NCBI GenBank assembly: GCA_051294905.1 | Contig: CM119376.1 | Span: 13,640,001 to 13,704,000 of the forward strand | Direction: 5' to 3' | Source: Botryllus schlosseri | Taxonomy: Eukaryota | DNA: 64,000 nt | Notes under the pieces: generated by a model | Databases searched by the model: none | Told to the model about the DNA's origin: nothing | What the model saw: only the letters and a program-made list of their open reading frames with translations | Shown: positions 13,001 through 27,163 of the stretch, in pieces | Layout: each line of letters begins with the position of its first letter | How positions within the stretch are numbered: position 1 is the first letter of the stretch | Translations under genes and position numbers: made by a program

Positions 13001-16000
13001 GACGAGGTTTTTCGGTCGATGGCCCTGGAAGACTTGGACGATCAGCGTTGGAAGTCGAAAGAGAGCAAAACCGTTTTGGATTCTGTGACGGAGAATCAGG
13101 TTTGGAAGACTTCGCTACGTATCGGCAACTCGTGGCAGAACATATCAGGAATTCGGCCGGTCAACGTCATCTACAGCGAGAACGAGAGTGGGCTGCATCG
13201 TGAGGAGACGCTGGTGCCGTCCGCCGATACGCACTTCAGGTGGGTTATCTGCCGTAGTGATGCAGTACTTGTAATTATCCGGAGCTATCCACTTAGTCGG
13301 GTGGTTATGATAGAACACTGCCGTTTTTACGCGACAGTTCTTAGTTTTTTCGGTAAAACTACATCTACATCAGGGGCGGGCAACTTCTCCAGACGGCAGT
13401 CCTTATATGTGAAAATGAAGTACTTGGCGGGCCGGATTCCTAAATCGACAGCAGTAAACGCGTATTTATCCACCTGACAAGGATTGATCGTATTTAATGT
13501 AAACTATGAGTTTGAAGCATAGAGACCAAAGAAGTATTCATTGAATTTTGTACCGCAATGTACTTCAATAGCTGTTGAAGTCAATGAGCCATATGTGGTC
13601 GATCAAAGTCGTGTACAGGTTATTTGAACTTTGGCTACATATTAAGGATGGTGTGAACGTGAGGTTCACGTTCGCGTTCTGTGTGTGAACCTCGGAAATT
13701 TAAAGGTTCACGTTCACAAACGAACCTTGGTAGGTTCTGCACTGTGAACCTTTCTCATATATTACAATTTTGACTTCATTATAACATATTTGGTTTAAAT
13801 TTATTGCATTTCAACTGCGGGCCACTCTAAATTAATGGCGCTGGAAACATACAGAAAATCTACACTAAACGAGCATGCACCTTGACAATCTCAAAAACTT
13901 CACTGGTTTCTGTTCCAAAAGTTTGCTCGAAATATCCAGCTTTCCGTTTGTGAGTATTTAGTGACTCTCTGCTGTGAGCTTGACCCGCAATCACACAACA
14001 TCAAGAGCGTAGTACACTACATGTAGGTATAGTAAGCGAATGATGCTTATTCAACCAATCAATAAAATTGATATCGTTGTCTGATGTAAAAAATCTAGCA
14101 GGCGTACGGGGTCAATCTTGATTTGATATGTTTATTGTATCATAAAAAACAAATCCGTGTGATTGGGGTAATGGCTACTGCTGTAGTGTATAACTTGTTA
14201 ATGGGGTAATATCGGTAGTAAGTATAGAAATCCGTTTTGCACCCTGCTCATTATCAATGTAGCAATACTCCGGCGCCGAATACATTGTCCGTTCTGGCCT
14301 AGACCGTTAAGACGTAAGCATATATTCCCTTGCAAGTACTCGTCGAAAATGTTGGCAAAGCGATGAAAGACTTTATGACTTTATGGGATTATTATATCAT
14401 ATGATTGCCCCAGTTGATACATTTGGCGACGTTTATAACACCAATATGTACTTCAGCATTGTGTCATTATGTGACCCGAGTCGTCGCTAGGTATCGTGTA
14501 AATTAATATAGGCTATCACTTCACTGAAATGTAGGGTTGGAATTAGCAAAATGACGTCACGTAACGTCATGAGGTTCACGTTCGCGTTCACACAGAACCT
14601 TTCAAAAAGGTTCGCGTTAACACGAACCTGAACCTTTTAGAGGTTCGCACCATCCCTACTACATATCTCTAAATAATAACTAACAATCACTACTATTTGT
14701 GTCCGAAAAATGGAACTTCAGAATAACTCGCAGTCACCATAATTTGACATAGTAAGCGAGTTGTGGAGAATTGCGGAAGACTTTGACCGCCGGCCATATT
14801 ACCATTTAAGGCCGTAAACTGTCGGCGGACCGCTCAAAATCACGTCGCGGGCCGTATGTCGCCCGTCAGCGATATAGATTAGTTACTTTTTCCTTAGAAA
14901 CCGCTACTTTTACTTAATTTACAACGTTCCTTCTACTTAAGTGCCAACGATGGTTACTTTTTAGGCAAAATTAGACGTAAGAATATTTTCTGTTTTGTTC
15001 ACTTGGAATTCGCTATTTCTACTTGTACTTGGTAGGAATTAGCGATGTTACTTACACTTGAGTAGCGTAGCCTATGACCTTATCATTGGAGTTGCATTAC
15101 TAAGGAATAACGCAAATTATTCAGTGAGAAGAGGTAGAAAGCTAACGATGATGAAACTGATTTAGAAAAGCCTTGGGTTCTCTGTTAGTTCCATTCGGTG
15201 AAGGTTAGGCTACTACACGAAGTCGTGATAGCAATGTATCTCGCGTAAAAGTATCTAATGGAATAACTTTCTCTTTGGGGCAGTTCCCTTGTTCAATGAG
15301 TTTACCACCTATCTCTCTTAAATGGTTCTTTAAATACTATCGGAATGTTCTCCATGACTCTCAATAGTTTGGTATGGGCGAATTTATTTGCGGAACTGCG
15401 GCTGGTTGCTGTATTTAATCAGTTGCCGTCTGATTTTGTTCTGGGTGACTGGGCATGTTTCAATTTGTGAGGCTCTCTGGTTAATAAGTTACTAGCACCA
15501 TGATCTATCTCAGCTGTACAGGGGGTGGTAAATGACTGTCTATATCTGTGCGGCTTTTGGGATTCTGAATTCTCAGTCATATTCCAGCATGCTACAAGTG
15601 TTTCAGCGCTTAACATCAATTGATTGTATGATATTATATATTGGTTACCTTGCTGTTGGTAATAGACGGCTGCAACCCAAATATTCATGGCGATGCCAAG
15701 GGCAAGATGTGTTGAAAGTTAATAGGATGTACTGTAAACTTCCTCGTAGTGGCTACGAGTTCAACCTTCTTGTGCATTTTGGACTGAGGTGTGAATAATG
15801 AATGGCATACCTCTCTATTGTTGACGCTACAATGGGACGCTTGTTCTGTTGTTGTAGTGACTTTTATTCAACACTTGCCCGACCAGCTACCTTGGAAACA
15901 CAGCTAATGAATACATTGTCATTACAGGCCCATCAGTACGTCCATCGGCGACATTACTCCAGACAGCGATGCTCATTTGACGATTGGTATGTTTTGTTAC

Positions 16001-19000
16001 TACATGCCCATGGATTGACGATTTAATTAACAAAAGGATAGAGTATGACTGCTTGCCTTTGTAATGAATAATTCAGTGTCCGCAGAACCTTTGATGTTGT
16101 ACATGTGGGACGTCATCCCTTTTTACAGCATCTTAGCTGTTATATTTTTAAACGTAGATACAGAACCTGTATTCTGAGACTGAAACTATACTATTATTTA
16201 CTACAAGGCTTGGTCAATACATCACAATGTGTGCTATTCCCCCTGAGGCAAGATTAAGATGGACTTTGTAACAATGCATTGTAGCATTTTTACTCACTCC
16301 ATCATGCTTATCTAAAAAGCTCTGTAATATAGCTGTCACTATGAAATTCATCCAATGATGTGGCAATCTGAATGGTTAATTATTACATATTTAGTATGAA
16401 ATTACTGGATTTCTTCGCCTGATCATAATTCAACTAGTGTGACTACTGTGAGGATAGATGAAATCAAACAGTTCATTGATGCTTATCGTAGCATGATTTG
16501 GTGATCTGTGCTTCGGCGAAAGGGAGAATAATGTTAAACTTCCTTTGCGTATTCAAGGAGTTCTTAACCTGTCTTCCCTGGAACACCAGAGGTTCCTTGA
16601 TCTAGTCTCTCAGGGGTTGCATAGAGGTCATGACACACGCTCAACTGATGCATTTGATTTGTGATGACACGCTTCTCTCTCTGATCATTGGTTGCGGGTA
16701 ATTAGGCTCGAGCTGTAGTGTGGTGGTGCGTCATGTGCAGTGGCGTACGCAAGAAAGGTTAGGGTTCAAAATCTTTCTTGAAATGCCAATTCTCAAGTTT
16801 TCACCACTAAAAGTTGATTGTCGGAATATTCACGAAAAGTCAAACGTTAACCATATCTTTTTTTGCAGAAGCTCTTTACACAGCGCAACTTGAGGGTGCT
16901 GGGGCCGTTTTCCACACAATACATGATGGAGCAGACAACAAAAGTAAGGTTTTAACAACGCATACCCGGTCTGATTATGCATGCGTTATGCGTCACTCTC
17001 GATGATATTGTGCAGCGTTCTTGTAATGTTCCTCGTTTTCGGTGTCAGCGTCGCATTGTGATGAATAATGGTTCAGGATTAGCAGGAAACGATGTGACAC
17101 TTATGTGTCACGCGTGGTAGCGTTTCTTGAAAGATTGCTGAGCGTGTGTTCACAGATGTTGATATTGAAATGATGAGCCAATCTTTCGGATACAGTTCTT
17201 TCCTGTTCTCACGGTGAGACATTCATGATTGTGCTCTGATGTGAATTTGTGTAAAGATTCATCGCAATTACGTCAAGCGCAAGGCTTACCTCGATGGCTT
17301 GGACCCATCAATAATACATGTTATTTGCAATGTTCATATACTCCGCTGGTTTGCAATTCCAGCATGTGCTGTGTTGCGGTGTAGGGTGTACTATCATCAG
17401 CCCTCGCAATTAAAATCGAGACAAATTGCCTGAAATGACCATTTCCCATGTATACTTGAGTTTTAGAGCCGTCTATGTAGCGTCCCCTTTTAGAAGTGAA
17501 ATTTCTACATTGCCATTAATGAGGATTTATAGTCTATGCACGTAAATGATATATTCCCACTTTCCCAGTCATTTGGAAATGAAATGTTCCACTGCCAACA
17601 TCAAATGCCTTTTTCTCGACGACCAATTTTATGATCAATTACGACCAATTGTGACCTTCAATCTAGGAAATAGCTCACCAACTGATGATACAAGAACTTG
17701 AGCTGGCGATCTAACAGGCAAATGTTTTTTGTGTAAGGTTGGATTTGACACTAATGTCTTAATCCAACCTACTACCCATCCAAGCCTGATCTTCCTTACA
17801 ACCCAAATATCGGACCCACTGCATTGTAGCATCCAAGCCAGTGGTTCGCGACTTCTTTGGATTATTGACCCGATTTGTTATGCATTATTTTTTCCACAAT
17901 GCAAACTCAATTGAAGGGAATTTATATCATTTATTCGCAGCCATTGTGTGATGACTGACGTTTTTTGCTTATTATTACCGTCCAAATGGATTTTACGATA
18001 GGCCTTTATTTACAAAAAGGCTAAGCATAAATAAGTGGGTAATCCCGCGAGCCGCCAAGTTTTTCAACGTAGGCTTTCTAGTTGGAGACACAAATAGTAT
18101 TGTAACACACAGCCGAGTATTTGGTGGTTACATTGTATTGGGTAGGTCTACAGTACAATTGGGAGCAGCTTTACGAAAATTAATTCCGTAACTGCTTGAA
18201 ATTTGTGTGAGACTTTCAAGGTATTGGATGAATTTTATCTAAAGCAATCCTGTGACAAGTTGAAGCATCCGCATGTTGGCTATATTTGTAGGGTACCCTC
18301 CTGTGTAATTATCCCATCTGAACTGATTTATTGATGAAGTGGATGGAGATTCCATCACTGCACGCTCTGTGATGTGAAGACAAGATTATTGTTTTTCAAA
18401 AGACACGGTCTGTAGAGTTGGATCAAGGGGTGTATCACGGGCGCTTAGTCCGAAGACATCACTACTTTCGCTCGATTGCCTCTAGTTTTTGAGATATTGT
18501 TTCTTCCTACATATACCATGAAAAGTAGGAAAGTATGCTAATGAGTAGCATAGATCAATAAAAGCTACAGCCATATGACGCAGCTATTTAATTTCGCCTA
18601 ATGTTCAGTTGCTTGGCAAAAATTTTTGTGGAGAGGTAAATAATGCCATGTATTAGTTTATATCATCTCCCATCCATGAGTAACATAAGTTTTGTATCTC
18701 ACTGATAAGACTATAGTTAGTTTTATCTTGAAAGTGATCTGTTAGATATCAGAGATTGGTAACATTATGCTCTACAGACTGGTTTCAAAATGACTTTTCT
18801 TTCGTGGACTGGTCTTCAAAAACACGGCGAATTTTCAACATTGAACATTGATCGCAACATACCCAAGACACTATGCGGGCACTAGAGGGTGCCCAGTAAG
18901 CCAGTAACACACACGTTTCGATTAACAAGATTTATTACATTTTTTTAAATAAATTTATCAGTGGTTTTGGGTTTGACGACAATGCAAATGTATATAAACT

Positions 19001-20072
19001 TTTTGCGGACCATAGGTTGCCAACCATTGTGTTAAAGGCTATTTGGCTGAATATACAGCTTGTGCTAACTCATCTTGAGATGAAAAATTATGTCAAATGA
19101 CAGGTATCTCATATCGACGGTTAACCGATTCCAAAGGTCCCCTATGTCAACTAAAACATATAGAAATTCTCTGATATCTTGGAAACTAGAACCAGTTTGC
19201 AAAAATCATTAGATTTTTAAGCTCAGCACCCCTGATAAACCGCTCACTGGTACCAGACTAAAACAAACCAAAATATTATTTTGCAAGCAGCACTCCTTCC
19301 AGAATTTACACTTCACCCGGGGCAGTACAGTCTGTCCTACGTCCTGGAAATTGCACAGTCCTGTTCTACGCAGCTATAGCTATGAGTACAGGAAAACATT
19401 GTCTTCGTGCCAACATTTTCAATCTCATTTCGATAACGCTTGAAGAGAACGGCCACAAATTTCACTCTAGCATAATGTATGATAGACCCGAGGTCGACCT
19501 AGTTACCCACAGCTTGGACTAATCTAAGCAAACTGTGTACTAAAATATTGCTAGCATCGATCTATGTAAAAACTTGAGAGGTAACACTGGTAACAGTTAT
19601 TGTTATATCGTACCAACTTTAACAGTATCAATAGCATAGTAGAGAGCAATATCGGAAGGGAGGCACAGCTTGAGACGACATGACTGGTCCAGATATCGAT
19701 TCACAAAGTTAAACGATCACAATTGAATGATTGTCAGTTGTATTGATGGCTTGGCAACACATAATGTTTTGCGACCCCATACCCTACGTCTATAATGTTT
19801 ATTGTCTCTTAAGAAGTCATGTCTTATGTGCTTCTTCTTTAACTGTGGGAATATGAACCCACCTTGATGCCAGATGAATTTCAACATATGGTCTCTTACT
19901 TTTAGAACCTGTCGACTTGGTGACATCTGAAGACTTGACAGTCGCGAACGAGTACTGCAAGATGGGCAAGGACAAGTCGATGCAGACTTCGTTTGAAATG
20001 GCAGTGCAGCATCACATTCCGAGTTGCCAGCAATTCGTGTTACCCCGGCCACCGAAAGCCAACTCCAGATAA
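7001..20072 (+). CDS. KIAA0232: KIAA0232-like uncharacterised protein, ~892 aa; join(7001-7191,8811-9001,9907-10120,11458-13239,15928-15986,16869-16943,19906-20072)
   Basis: All introns are GT-AG and phase-consistent (2679 nt). Motifs match human KIAA0232 in order: PVQTWL..LGIDGVIYSRHVLDLL, KKEVAVSCLLSA..LVVDELYSKL, YEDAFPSL, WYRDP, THFRPIS, GKDKSMQTS. Exon 16869-16943 is supported by phase and splice sites only. Confidence 0.85.
8180..8470. mobile_element. hAT-Charlie-like MITE in KIAA0232 intron 1
   Basis: CAGGGGCATCAAAC...GTTTGAGACCCCTG termini; near-perfect 8-bp TSD GTCTATAT/GTCTATAA. Confidence 0.8.
11078..11426. mobile_element. Degenerate Charlie-like MITE just upstream of KIAA0232 exon 4
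   Basis: Right end AAAAGGTTGGGAACCACTG; degenerate left end GAGTTGTTCCCAAC; no clean TSD. Confidence 0.45.
13371..14871. mobile_element. Older Charlie-like MITE hosting a nested MITE
   Basis: Left end CAGGGGCGGGCAAC with GCGGGCCG subterminal motif; degenerate right end GCGGGCCGTATGTCGCCCGTCAGCG; flanks ATCTACAT/ATATAGAT match only partly. Confidence 0.45.
13643..14658. mobile_element. hAT-type MITE (TAGGGATGGTG TIR, GGTTCRCGTTC subterminal repeats)
   Basis: TAAGGATGGTGTGAAC...GTTCGCACCATCCCTA; exact 8-bp TSD CTACATAT (13635-13642 and 14659-14666). Confidence 0.9.
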
Positions 20073-23000
20073 AGCAACCTGAAAAACGTTTCGAAACGAA
20101 AATTGTAAATCGTTCCGAAGAACCTCGCTGTGAATATGTAACATATATAATATTCGGTTATTTAAATTGCCGTGACAGTAAAAAAATTGGAAAAAAAATT
20201 GGTCATGTATTACGGTAAATATTTATGAACTCGATGCTTGTGTACCATATTTTCTTCTGTTGTTTTGGTATTTTAAAAGTGAATGTGTTATTATATCCGC
20301 CCTATCCCACCTCCGCACGGTTGATCTAATCCGTTTAATTGTTCTGATATCACTGACCGCCAGCCGTTACAGAGTTCTTTGAAATTTAAATTGACAAATC
20401 CTTCTAATTCCAGGCACGCATTATTCTATAGATTGACGGAACGCACCAATTTCCTATCCCCTTACATGCAATTTGAGAATTCAAAGTCCCATCAATTTTG
20501 ACATCGACTACGGCGAGGTGGATAGTTTAGCTGTATTTGGACTTATTTATTATCACTTAGTTTTCATCTCATCAAAACGATATAAAAAAAAGTATAAAAC
20601 CGAAAACCACAAAAATTTCCTATAGTATGAACAAAACTGGTATTGTATAGTGTCAAACAAAGACTTTGGCGGAAATATTGCGAGTTGTTTGTAATCACAT
20701 GTTTTTTTTCTTGATAAACGGAAAGTCTGTGAAGCTATCCCTCGAAGATGGTTCGCAAATGTTACCGTTATTTATTTAGTCATTGAAACTATTTAAGACC
20801 ATCAATGATTTTCCGATTGGGAATCTAAACTCTACGAGTGCATTTGTGTTGTTTGTTTTGTGATGTGAACCCCTAAATTATACCCCAGGATTGCTAGGGT
20901 CAGATAATTTACTTTCTAGTACTACAACTACATTGAAATCTGGTAAATTAGCTGTTTTGTTCAAACACTACTGTTATGTTTTAGGTCCAAACTGGAATTA
21001 ACCGTATTCAGAGTTAACCTCTTCTGTTAGAATTCATTCTTGCTGTACAATCAAGATATGCACAAAGTTTGTTTGATTTTAAATACCACTTGGTAGGGGA
21101 ATTTGACACTATCTAACGTTCAGATTTTGCCACGGTTGTTCATTGGAATTGAAATTGAATGACCGCGCGAGTAGTGAAAGACATATTTCAACGTCTCTTA
21201 GTACTGTATGCAATAGTTTGTTGTCGCAGATGTCAGTGTTATTTTGCGTCTTTGTCATGTTATTTATTAATTTCGACTAGCTCTCTCACAAGCCTCGACG
21301 CTGTGGCATTCTGGTGGAGTTGCATGTGTGTCGACCAAGATTTCACTGGTGTTGCAGGGTAGTGGTGGTTGATTTGTGTTCATGATTTATGATTGATATC
21401 TATATATGGTATGCTATCGTTAATTACCCATACTTGGAGTTTTCCATTTCAATTCGTACAAGTTGTACGGGTTGTGTGAGCATGTCGGAATTGACAGGCT
21501 GAAAATTGGGGAATGTGACGTTTCGATTCACCTAATTCTGGGGCTGGTTCTATTCCGATCTCTACAAAGATAAACTATTCAAGAATTCGATTAGACTATT
21601 GAGATAAACTAGCGCCTGAGCTGAATATAAAAATGTGTATTCAACATTGTTATATATCGAACTTTGCCTGTTTTCGCATTGATGCGCAAAGTCCATTGAA
21701 ATAATATGCCTTCAACGCAGCAGTATCGGCACTGTTTTCATTGCAATGAATGAGTCAGGTGGAAAGGCTTAAAATGCCAATTTGACCTCTATTTGGATAC
21801 TGTTGTGACGTATTTGCTATTGACACGATTGATGTTGACAAAATTTTGCTGTTCGTGTGCTTTTGCATGTCGAAATTTGCTGAACTAAATTTCTAGCCTT
21901 TCCGCCTCTTGTCATTTCATGTTTAAGTTGATGTGAATACTGTTGAATAAAGTTGAACGTAAAACTTCGGGAGTTTTTATGTGAAGTGCGAAAGTGTCCT
22001 TCATGTAAGGGGGTATCAGTCTTGATGCAGAATAGTAGCAATAGCCACGCAAGAATTGCTGGTTTTGGATTAGGCCCGGTTACTGTCAAACTGGGCGGCG
22101 AAGCCATGTCTAGTATGCTTACATTTCAGGATGAAAAACAAGTCTCAAAGCCTTATTTATATTAGTGGTGGCAGGCTGTGTTGTAGGTATTTGGTATATT
22201 TTATTATCTGGAAAAGAGAACGCTTCACAAATCGCAAAAGTTATGAAAACGGGTAATTTGAAAATTTGGACTGGAAATGCTGCTGTTAACTAAAAAAGGT
22301 CATTTTTCAAAATCGACTCGTGTTAGATGCGCTCTAAGGTCCAGATTTGCCGACATTTACGGCGTTTTTCAGTTCTGGCTGTCAAAGCTATAAAGGAGGA
22401 CGAATTGCCAAAAAGGAGTACATTTGGGCGTCCTCGGAGAACATTTTCGATTTCTTGAAAAAGAAGGAGGTATGTTAACCCTAGACATTTATGTCGTTTG
22501 TCTTTCTATTCTCTAGGGATCATATCAGGTTTGCAGCTTGAAAGCACTCAATATCGTGTCGGCTATTCGGGTTTGATCGAAAATATGCATATGCAGAGTC
22601 GATGTGATTTTTCGCTAATGTCAGAACACAGTGCATTGTGCGTTGCATTTTTCTTCGTCTCAATCAGTCGGCCCAGGGCCCCTGGTTCATCTCGTCCAGC
22701 GGTACCTGACTTCTGGTGTTCTACGATAACGACGTCAACGATACGCCACAAATGCTGGTATGGATGATTGCACACTGTGCCTACCACAGGCGGCGCTAAT
22801 TCTAAGAAAGTTGGTGAATGAAAAGCGACAGAAGGATAATGGCGATGCTTACTACGGAGCGCCTCTTATTGCCATGTTGTTTCATGTTTTTTCGTAGTGC
22901 GTAGTGCAGCTGATGATTGGCGAAGTAGTGTGTAGCGGTGTCGTTTGCACTATCGTTTATGGCGTTTTTAGATTTTATTATAGTATTTAAGGAGTACTTT

Positions 23001-23293
23001 TGGTTATTTTCGAAGACAATATTGCGACATGACATGGTGGTACTACGCTATAGCGTACGGCGTATGATCACGCTACACAGCGGTATGCGTATATCTATTC
23101 AGTCGTGTGGTCACATTGTGTCCGCTTCTCCCGTGCCTGCGTGCCTCTCGCTCAGCAAGAAAGTAGTCAGCGAATCTATAGGGATGAAAGTAATGGATCA
23201 ATGGACCATCCACTACAGTAAATTATACTCTCATTCTGCCATGTACAACTATTGTACGTGGTCAATTTGAATCTGATTATACACAGTTCATGC

Positions 23294-23341
23294 ATGGCGC
23301 CGTACTTTGTGCGATTAGTGGGACAATCGAGTGAGAATGAT
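23294..23341 (+). CDS. Candidate first coding exon of RPP38 (MAPYFVRLVGQSSEND)
   Basis: ATG at 23294, 16 codons, then a perfect GTAAGT donor (phase 0). Resembles the human RPP38 N-terminal PYIIRWSALESED and joins in frame to the acceptor at 27162-27163. Short match that could be chance. Confidence 0.3.
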
Positions 23342-26300
23342 GTAAGTAAAAATGTCACAGTGAAAGAGTACAAGAGTAACCTAACCCACCAGTGGACTGA
23401 ATGCGTGTAAATGAATATTATGTAGCTTTAGATTTATTAATTTTAATAATTTATAGAGAGAACAATCGATTACATTCCTAAACACTCTGTAACTGCATGA
23501 TAACATGACTGATTCGAATCGGAGTGTTAAGCTTGGAATCGACTATACGGTATATAATGAAATTACCTAAAAAAGTTGACCAAATGACTGTACTCGACTC
23601 GGGTGCAGATGCCGAGATGCCGTCATTTGTTGGGATCCCTGTCGTGTCCCAGTATGTTACTGTCTGTATCTAAAACAGTGGACCGAATAAAGAGTGATGT
23701 AATTTGTCGCTTCTTCGGTTTTCCCAGACGTTGCTTGGTGACTGTCAGCATAACTACTTCTCATTTAAATCATAATCACCATATGGAAGTCTGATAACCA
23801 GGGCTCCGGCTGCGTAGTCGCAGTTTCGCTAATTTTTCTTGAATAGAGTTGTGAGTCGCAGAACTATTTTGAAATTCCGCATTTGAGTTGAGTACAGGAA
23901 GCGCAACGAGCTGGAATCTAAGACAAAGTTTGTTAAAATGCTATACTTCGATATCAAGTGAACTGCTTCAGAATGTTTGTGAAAATCGCCAATTGAATAA
24001 AATAGGATTTGCATGTATCGTAAAACCTGTAAAAAAGTTATTACTGTTATTAGTAACATTATGGATGAAATCATATTTTCCTGCAATTCAAGTGCATGGA
24101 CAAATTTCAAGCTGTATCTTTGCGTCTAACGCAAAATTACTTGTCGCGTCGCTAATTCGTGTTGTCTTAAAAACTATGCATTATTACCGTTAAAGAGCAG
24201 TTACATCGCCTGGTTGCTGTGACAATATAACTCGTTACATTGATGCAAATCCATTTAGTCAACCAACCACGAGGTGGGAAGGATTTTCACTTTTTCAGAA
24301 TTTTCCTCCAGTATTGCAAGTCTGAAAATTTTTAAAAAGTGTCCTTTTTCAGATTCCTGAAATATGGTAACCCTAATTAACCGCACAAATAATTCATACC
24401 ATTTCATGTGAATTGCTCTCGTCAGGTTTCTGCAGATTGGGATCAATTCAGTTTTTGAACCGATTTGATATCTCCAAATTGTCTGCTGAGATAGTGTAGC
24501 AATCGTGTTGTGCTGAAATGGTTATGACCAATAAACCTCCGATCTTGTGCGATATTATCGTCATAACTGTAGCCAGCCCCACTCAGGTTCGCATTTGAAA
24601 CAGCATTACTTGAAGCTAAATTCTGTAATCGGAGAAGTGCCTGATCCTGCCTACGCTGCTAACACTAATAATGGTTTCGAATAAACATTATTAACGTATT
24701 TAATTTTTATCAGTGAACTTTACTACTATAGTTCGGAACGTTCACTTAACTTTCAAAGTACACAGAAACTTTTCGCAGACCGGCATCAGTCCGCGGACCA
24801 GCGGTTAAAGACCGCTGATGTATAGGAGCCACCTAAGAAGCCTTATAATTTCCCCACTATTCCGTTTATGTATTTCTAATGAATTTCACCAGACAGGTAG
24901 TACGATATTGTAGTTTATGTTCATACAGCATAATTTTACTTAAATTTACATCCGTTACATCTTCATCGAAGCTGCCTTGATAATAAACAATCGGCTATCA
25001 TTGCTCTTTGTTTTCTCTCCATACCTCTGTGTCGGCACTGCAATGTAATTTCTAGAATTGCTTTTGCAGATATAGTGAGGTTATGATCATGGAGCGTTGT
25101 TCTCTTGAGCAGAATGCCTCCTAAGCTAGCCCCAAGCAAAAAGAATAGTGGAGGAAAGCTGATTCTGAAAAGAAGTCTTCAACAGCCTTATACATTATCC
25201 TGGTGAGTGGGATGTGCATCACTGTCGTACAGAAATCAGTTATTTGTCAGTTAGTGCAATTTGCAATGCAATTGATTCCGAGAACCTAGCTACACAATTT
25301 CTTATAAAGGCGAGTAATACATAATATATATATGATCAACATGAGGAACTTGAAAATATTGAATTTAAGTGATGAATTAAAGGACTTCTATTGATTCAAT
25401 CGACGATGATAGTGCGTTTTTTAATATCAATTGTAAAAATGTTGGTACTGGGTCGCTGGTATATGCCTAGTATACAAACCAGCGTCAGTTAATCAGTTAT
25501 TTTGTGCAAAAATCAGCTTTGGTTATGAGCCATCAATTGAATGAAAATGAATGACTTGAGCTTCTTAAATCTAAATGATTTGTTTCCACTCGGGTACAAG
25601 ACCGTAATATTTTTACCAAATCTGCTTGGAGAGCAGGCTTGTTGTAAATTACTTCCAATACAACTAGCTAGTTGCATTTTTTAATTATGGGGGATGCCGT
25701 CACGCATTGCAAAGACAACTTATCGAACCAGACGCACCACATCTCCTTAACTGGGACCTATAATGTTTCGTCCCTTATCATATCCTATCAGAAATAGTGC
25801 TCACCTGTATTGAATTTGGGCACTTATAATTTTATAAACATGGTTCTTCGTATTTTTATCTTTGAAATTTCACTACCGGTATTCCTATTTTTACAGCGAT
25901 GACCTATATTTGATGTGAATGGGAATCTTGATCGTACAAGTCAGTCCTTCCAATGCTAAACTAAAAATGAGATTCCTTGAAATGACTATGCTTATTTATT
26001 GGCTGAGGGTACTTGTGTAGAAAATGTCACCAATTGTTTATTTTCATTTAAAGGATAATCGCCAGGTTTGCTATTCATTATGTCAATTAGTGATGTGGTG
26101 TGATATTGTACTCGACTACGTTAGCCTTCAGGGAAATATTTGAGCAGTATATGTGCTGGAAATATATTCAACCTCATGCTCTCTGTTATCTGTATATTGA
26201 TATATTGCTCCATTTCCAGGCCATCACTGCCGAAAGGCGTCAATTCCTTCATCCTGAAAGAGCTTGTAGAGTAAGTGTTCGAGTGTTGTAGCATGTTGTA

Positions 26301-27163
26301 TGGGTGTAATCCATGTATTCCTATATCTATTGTCTATCTGAATAGTTGAAGGCCTTTCAAGATTGTTTCAGCTATTTGTCTACCAAATAACATTCAAGTT
26401 TGTAATTTGTGGCCATGATATGAATGGCCTGAATGGGTTCAGATTTAAACTCTTTCATATCTTCACTGAAATGCATGGTGAATTTCCTTTCCCTCTATCT
26501 CGGTATCATTCCCAACTCTTACTTTCATGCAGTATTTAGCATCAAAGTCAATGACAGTTTCTCTAAACTGGTGAGATGTTATCAACTATCGTAATGTAGG
26601 ATTAATGGGGTACATTGTGTGTTCTATATTGTTAATAAATTTCTCTCGAATTTGGAAAGTGAGTCAGGTCACTTCATGTACCTGAAGAGCTTCTTGTAAT
26701 GTGTTGTCGCTCACAAGGAGCGTAGCCTGTAGATTACAAGCTGCAGAAATGAAAGCACCTAGTGTTATATCCTTGAAAGAATCCAGTAAGCTGTTTGGAT
26801 AATTGCTATTTCATATGTTTGATACTAAGGTAATCATTTTCTGTCATTCTGGTGGGAATGCTGTAAAATTGACCTGGCCAATGCACACACCAATGCTGCT
26901 TTTTACGTGGTATTCATGTATGTGATTTGTGTTGATTTTGAATGCAAATATGATAACAATATTTAAGAATGCGTCTGGTTTAATTATTTTCATCTCGCAT
27001 TTTAATGCTACATACAGGATGTACCACTTCCGGCGGACCTAAAAATTGCATCTGAATATGTAACAATAACTTTGTAATATCAAATAAGAGAAGGTATATT
27101 TCACATATGAACTCGCACGAGGCACGACGTTCATAAATACGAAATGCGGTGTTTACTACACAG

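Noticed and set aside
11414-13477. ORF-track 687-aa ORF as a stand-alone gene (likewise 31584-33248 and the GTG start at 45693)
   Set aside because: Its ends run into introns; splice sites and homology show an internal exon of KIAA0232, the last exon of PPP4R3, and a TOPBP1 ATG at 45678.
20720-21016. GGAAAGTCTGTG and AACCGTATTCAGAGTTA resemble RNase P RNA conserved regions I and V at plausible spacing
   Set aside because: The predicted P4 pairing has a mismatch, and the intervening sequence is AT-rich UTR-like DNA without the expected helices or CR-II to CR-IV. Likely chance; an Infernal search with RF00009 would settle it.
24480-26900. Possible highly decayed minus-strand LINE (endonuclease-like fragments); similar hints at 15300-18500
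   Set aside because: Only scattered motif-like fragments with many stops; no boundaries or continuous frame could be supported by eye.
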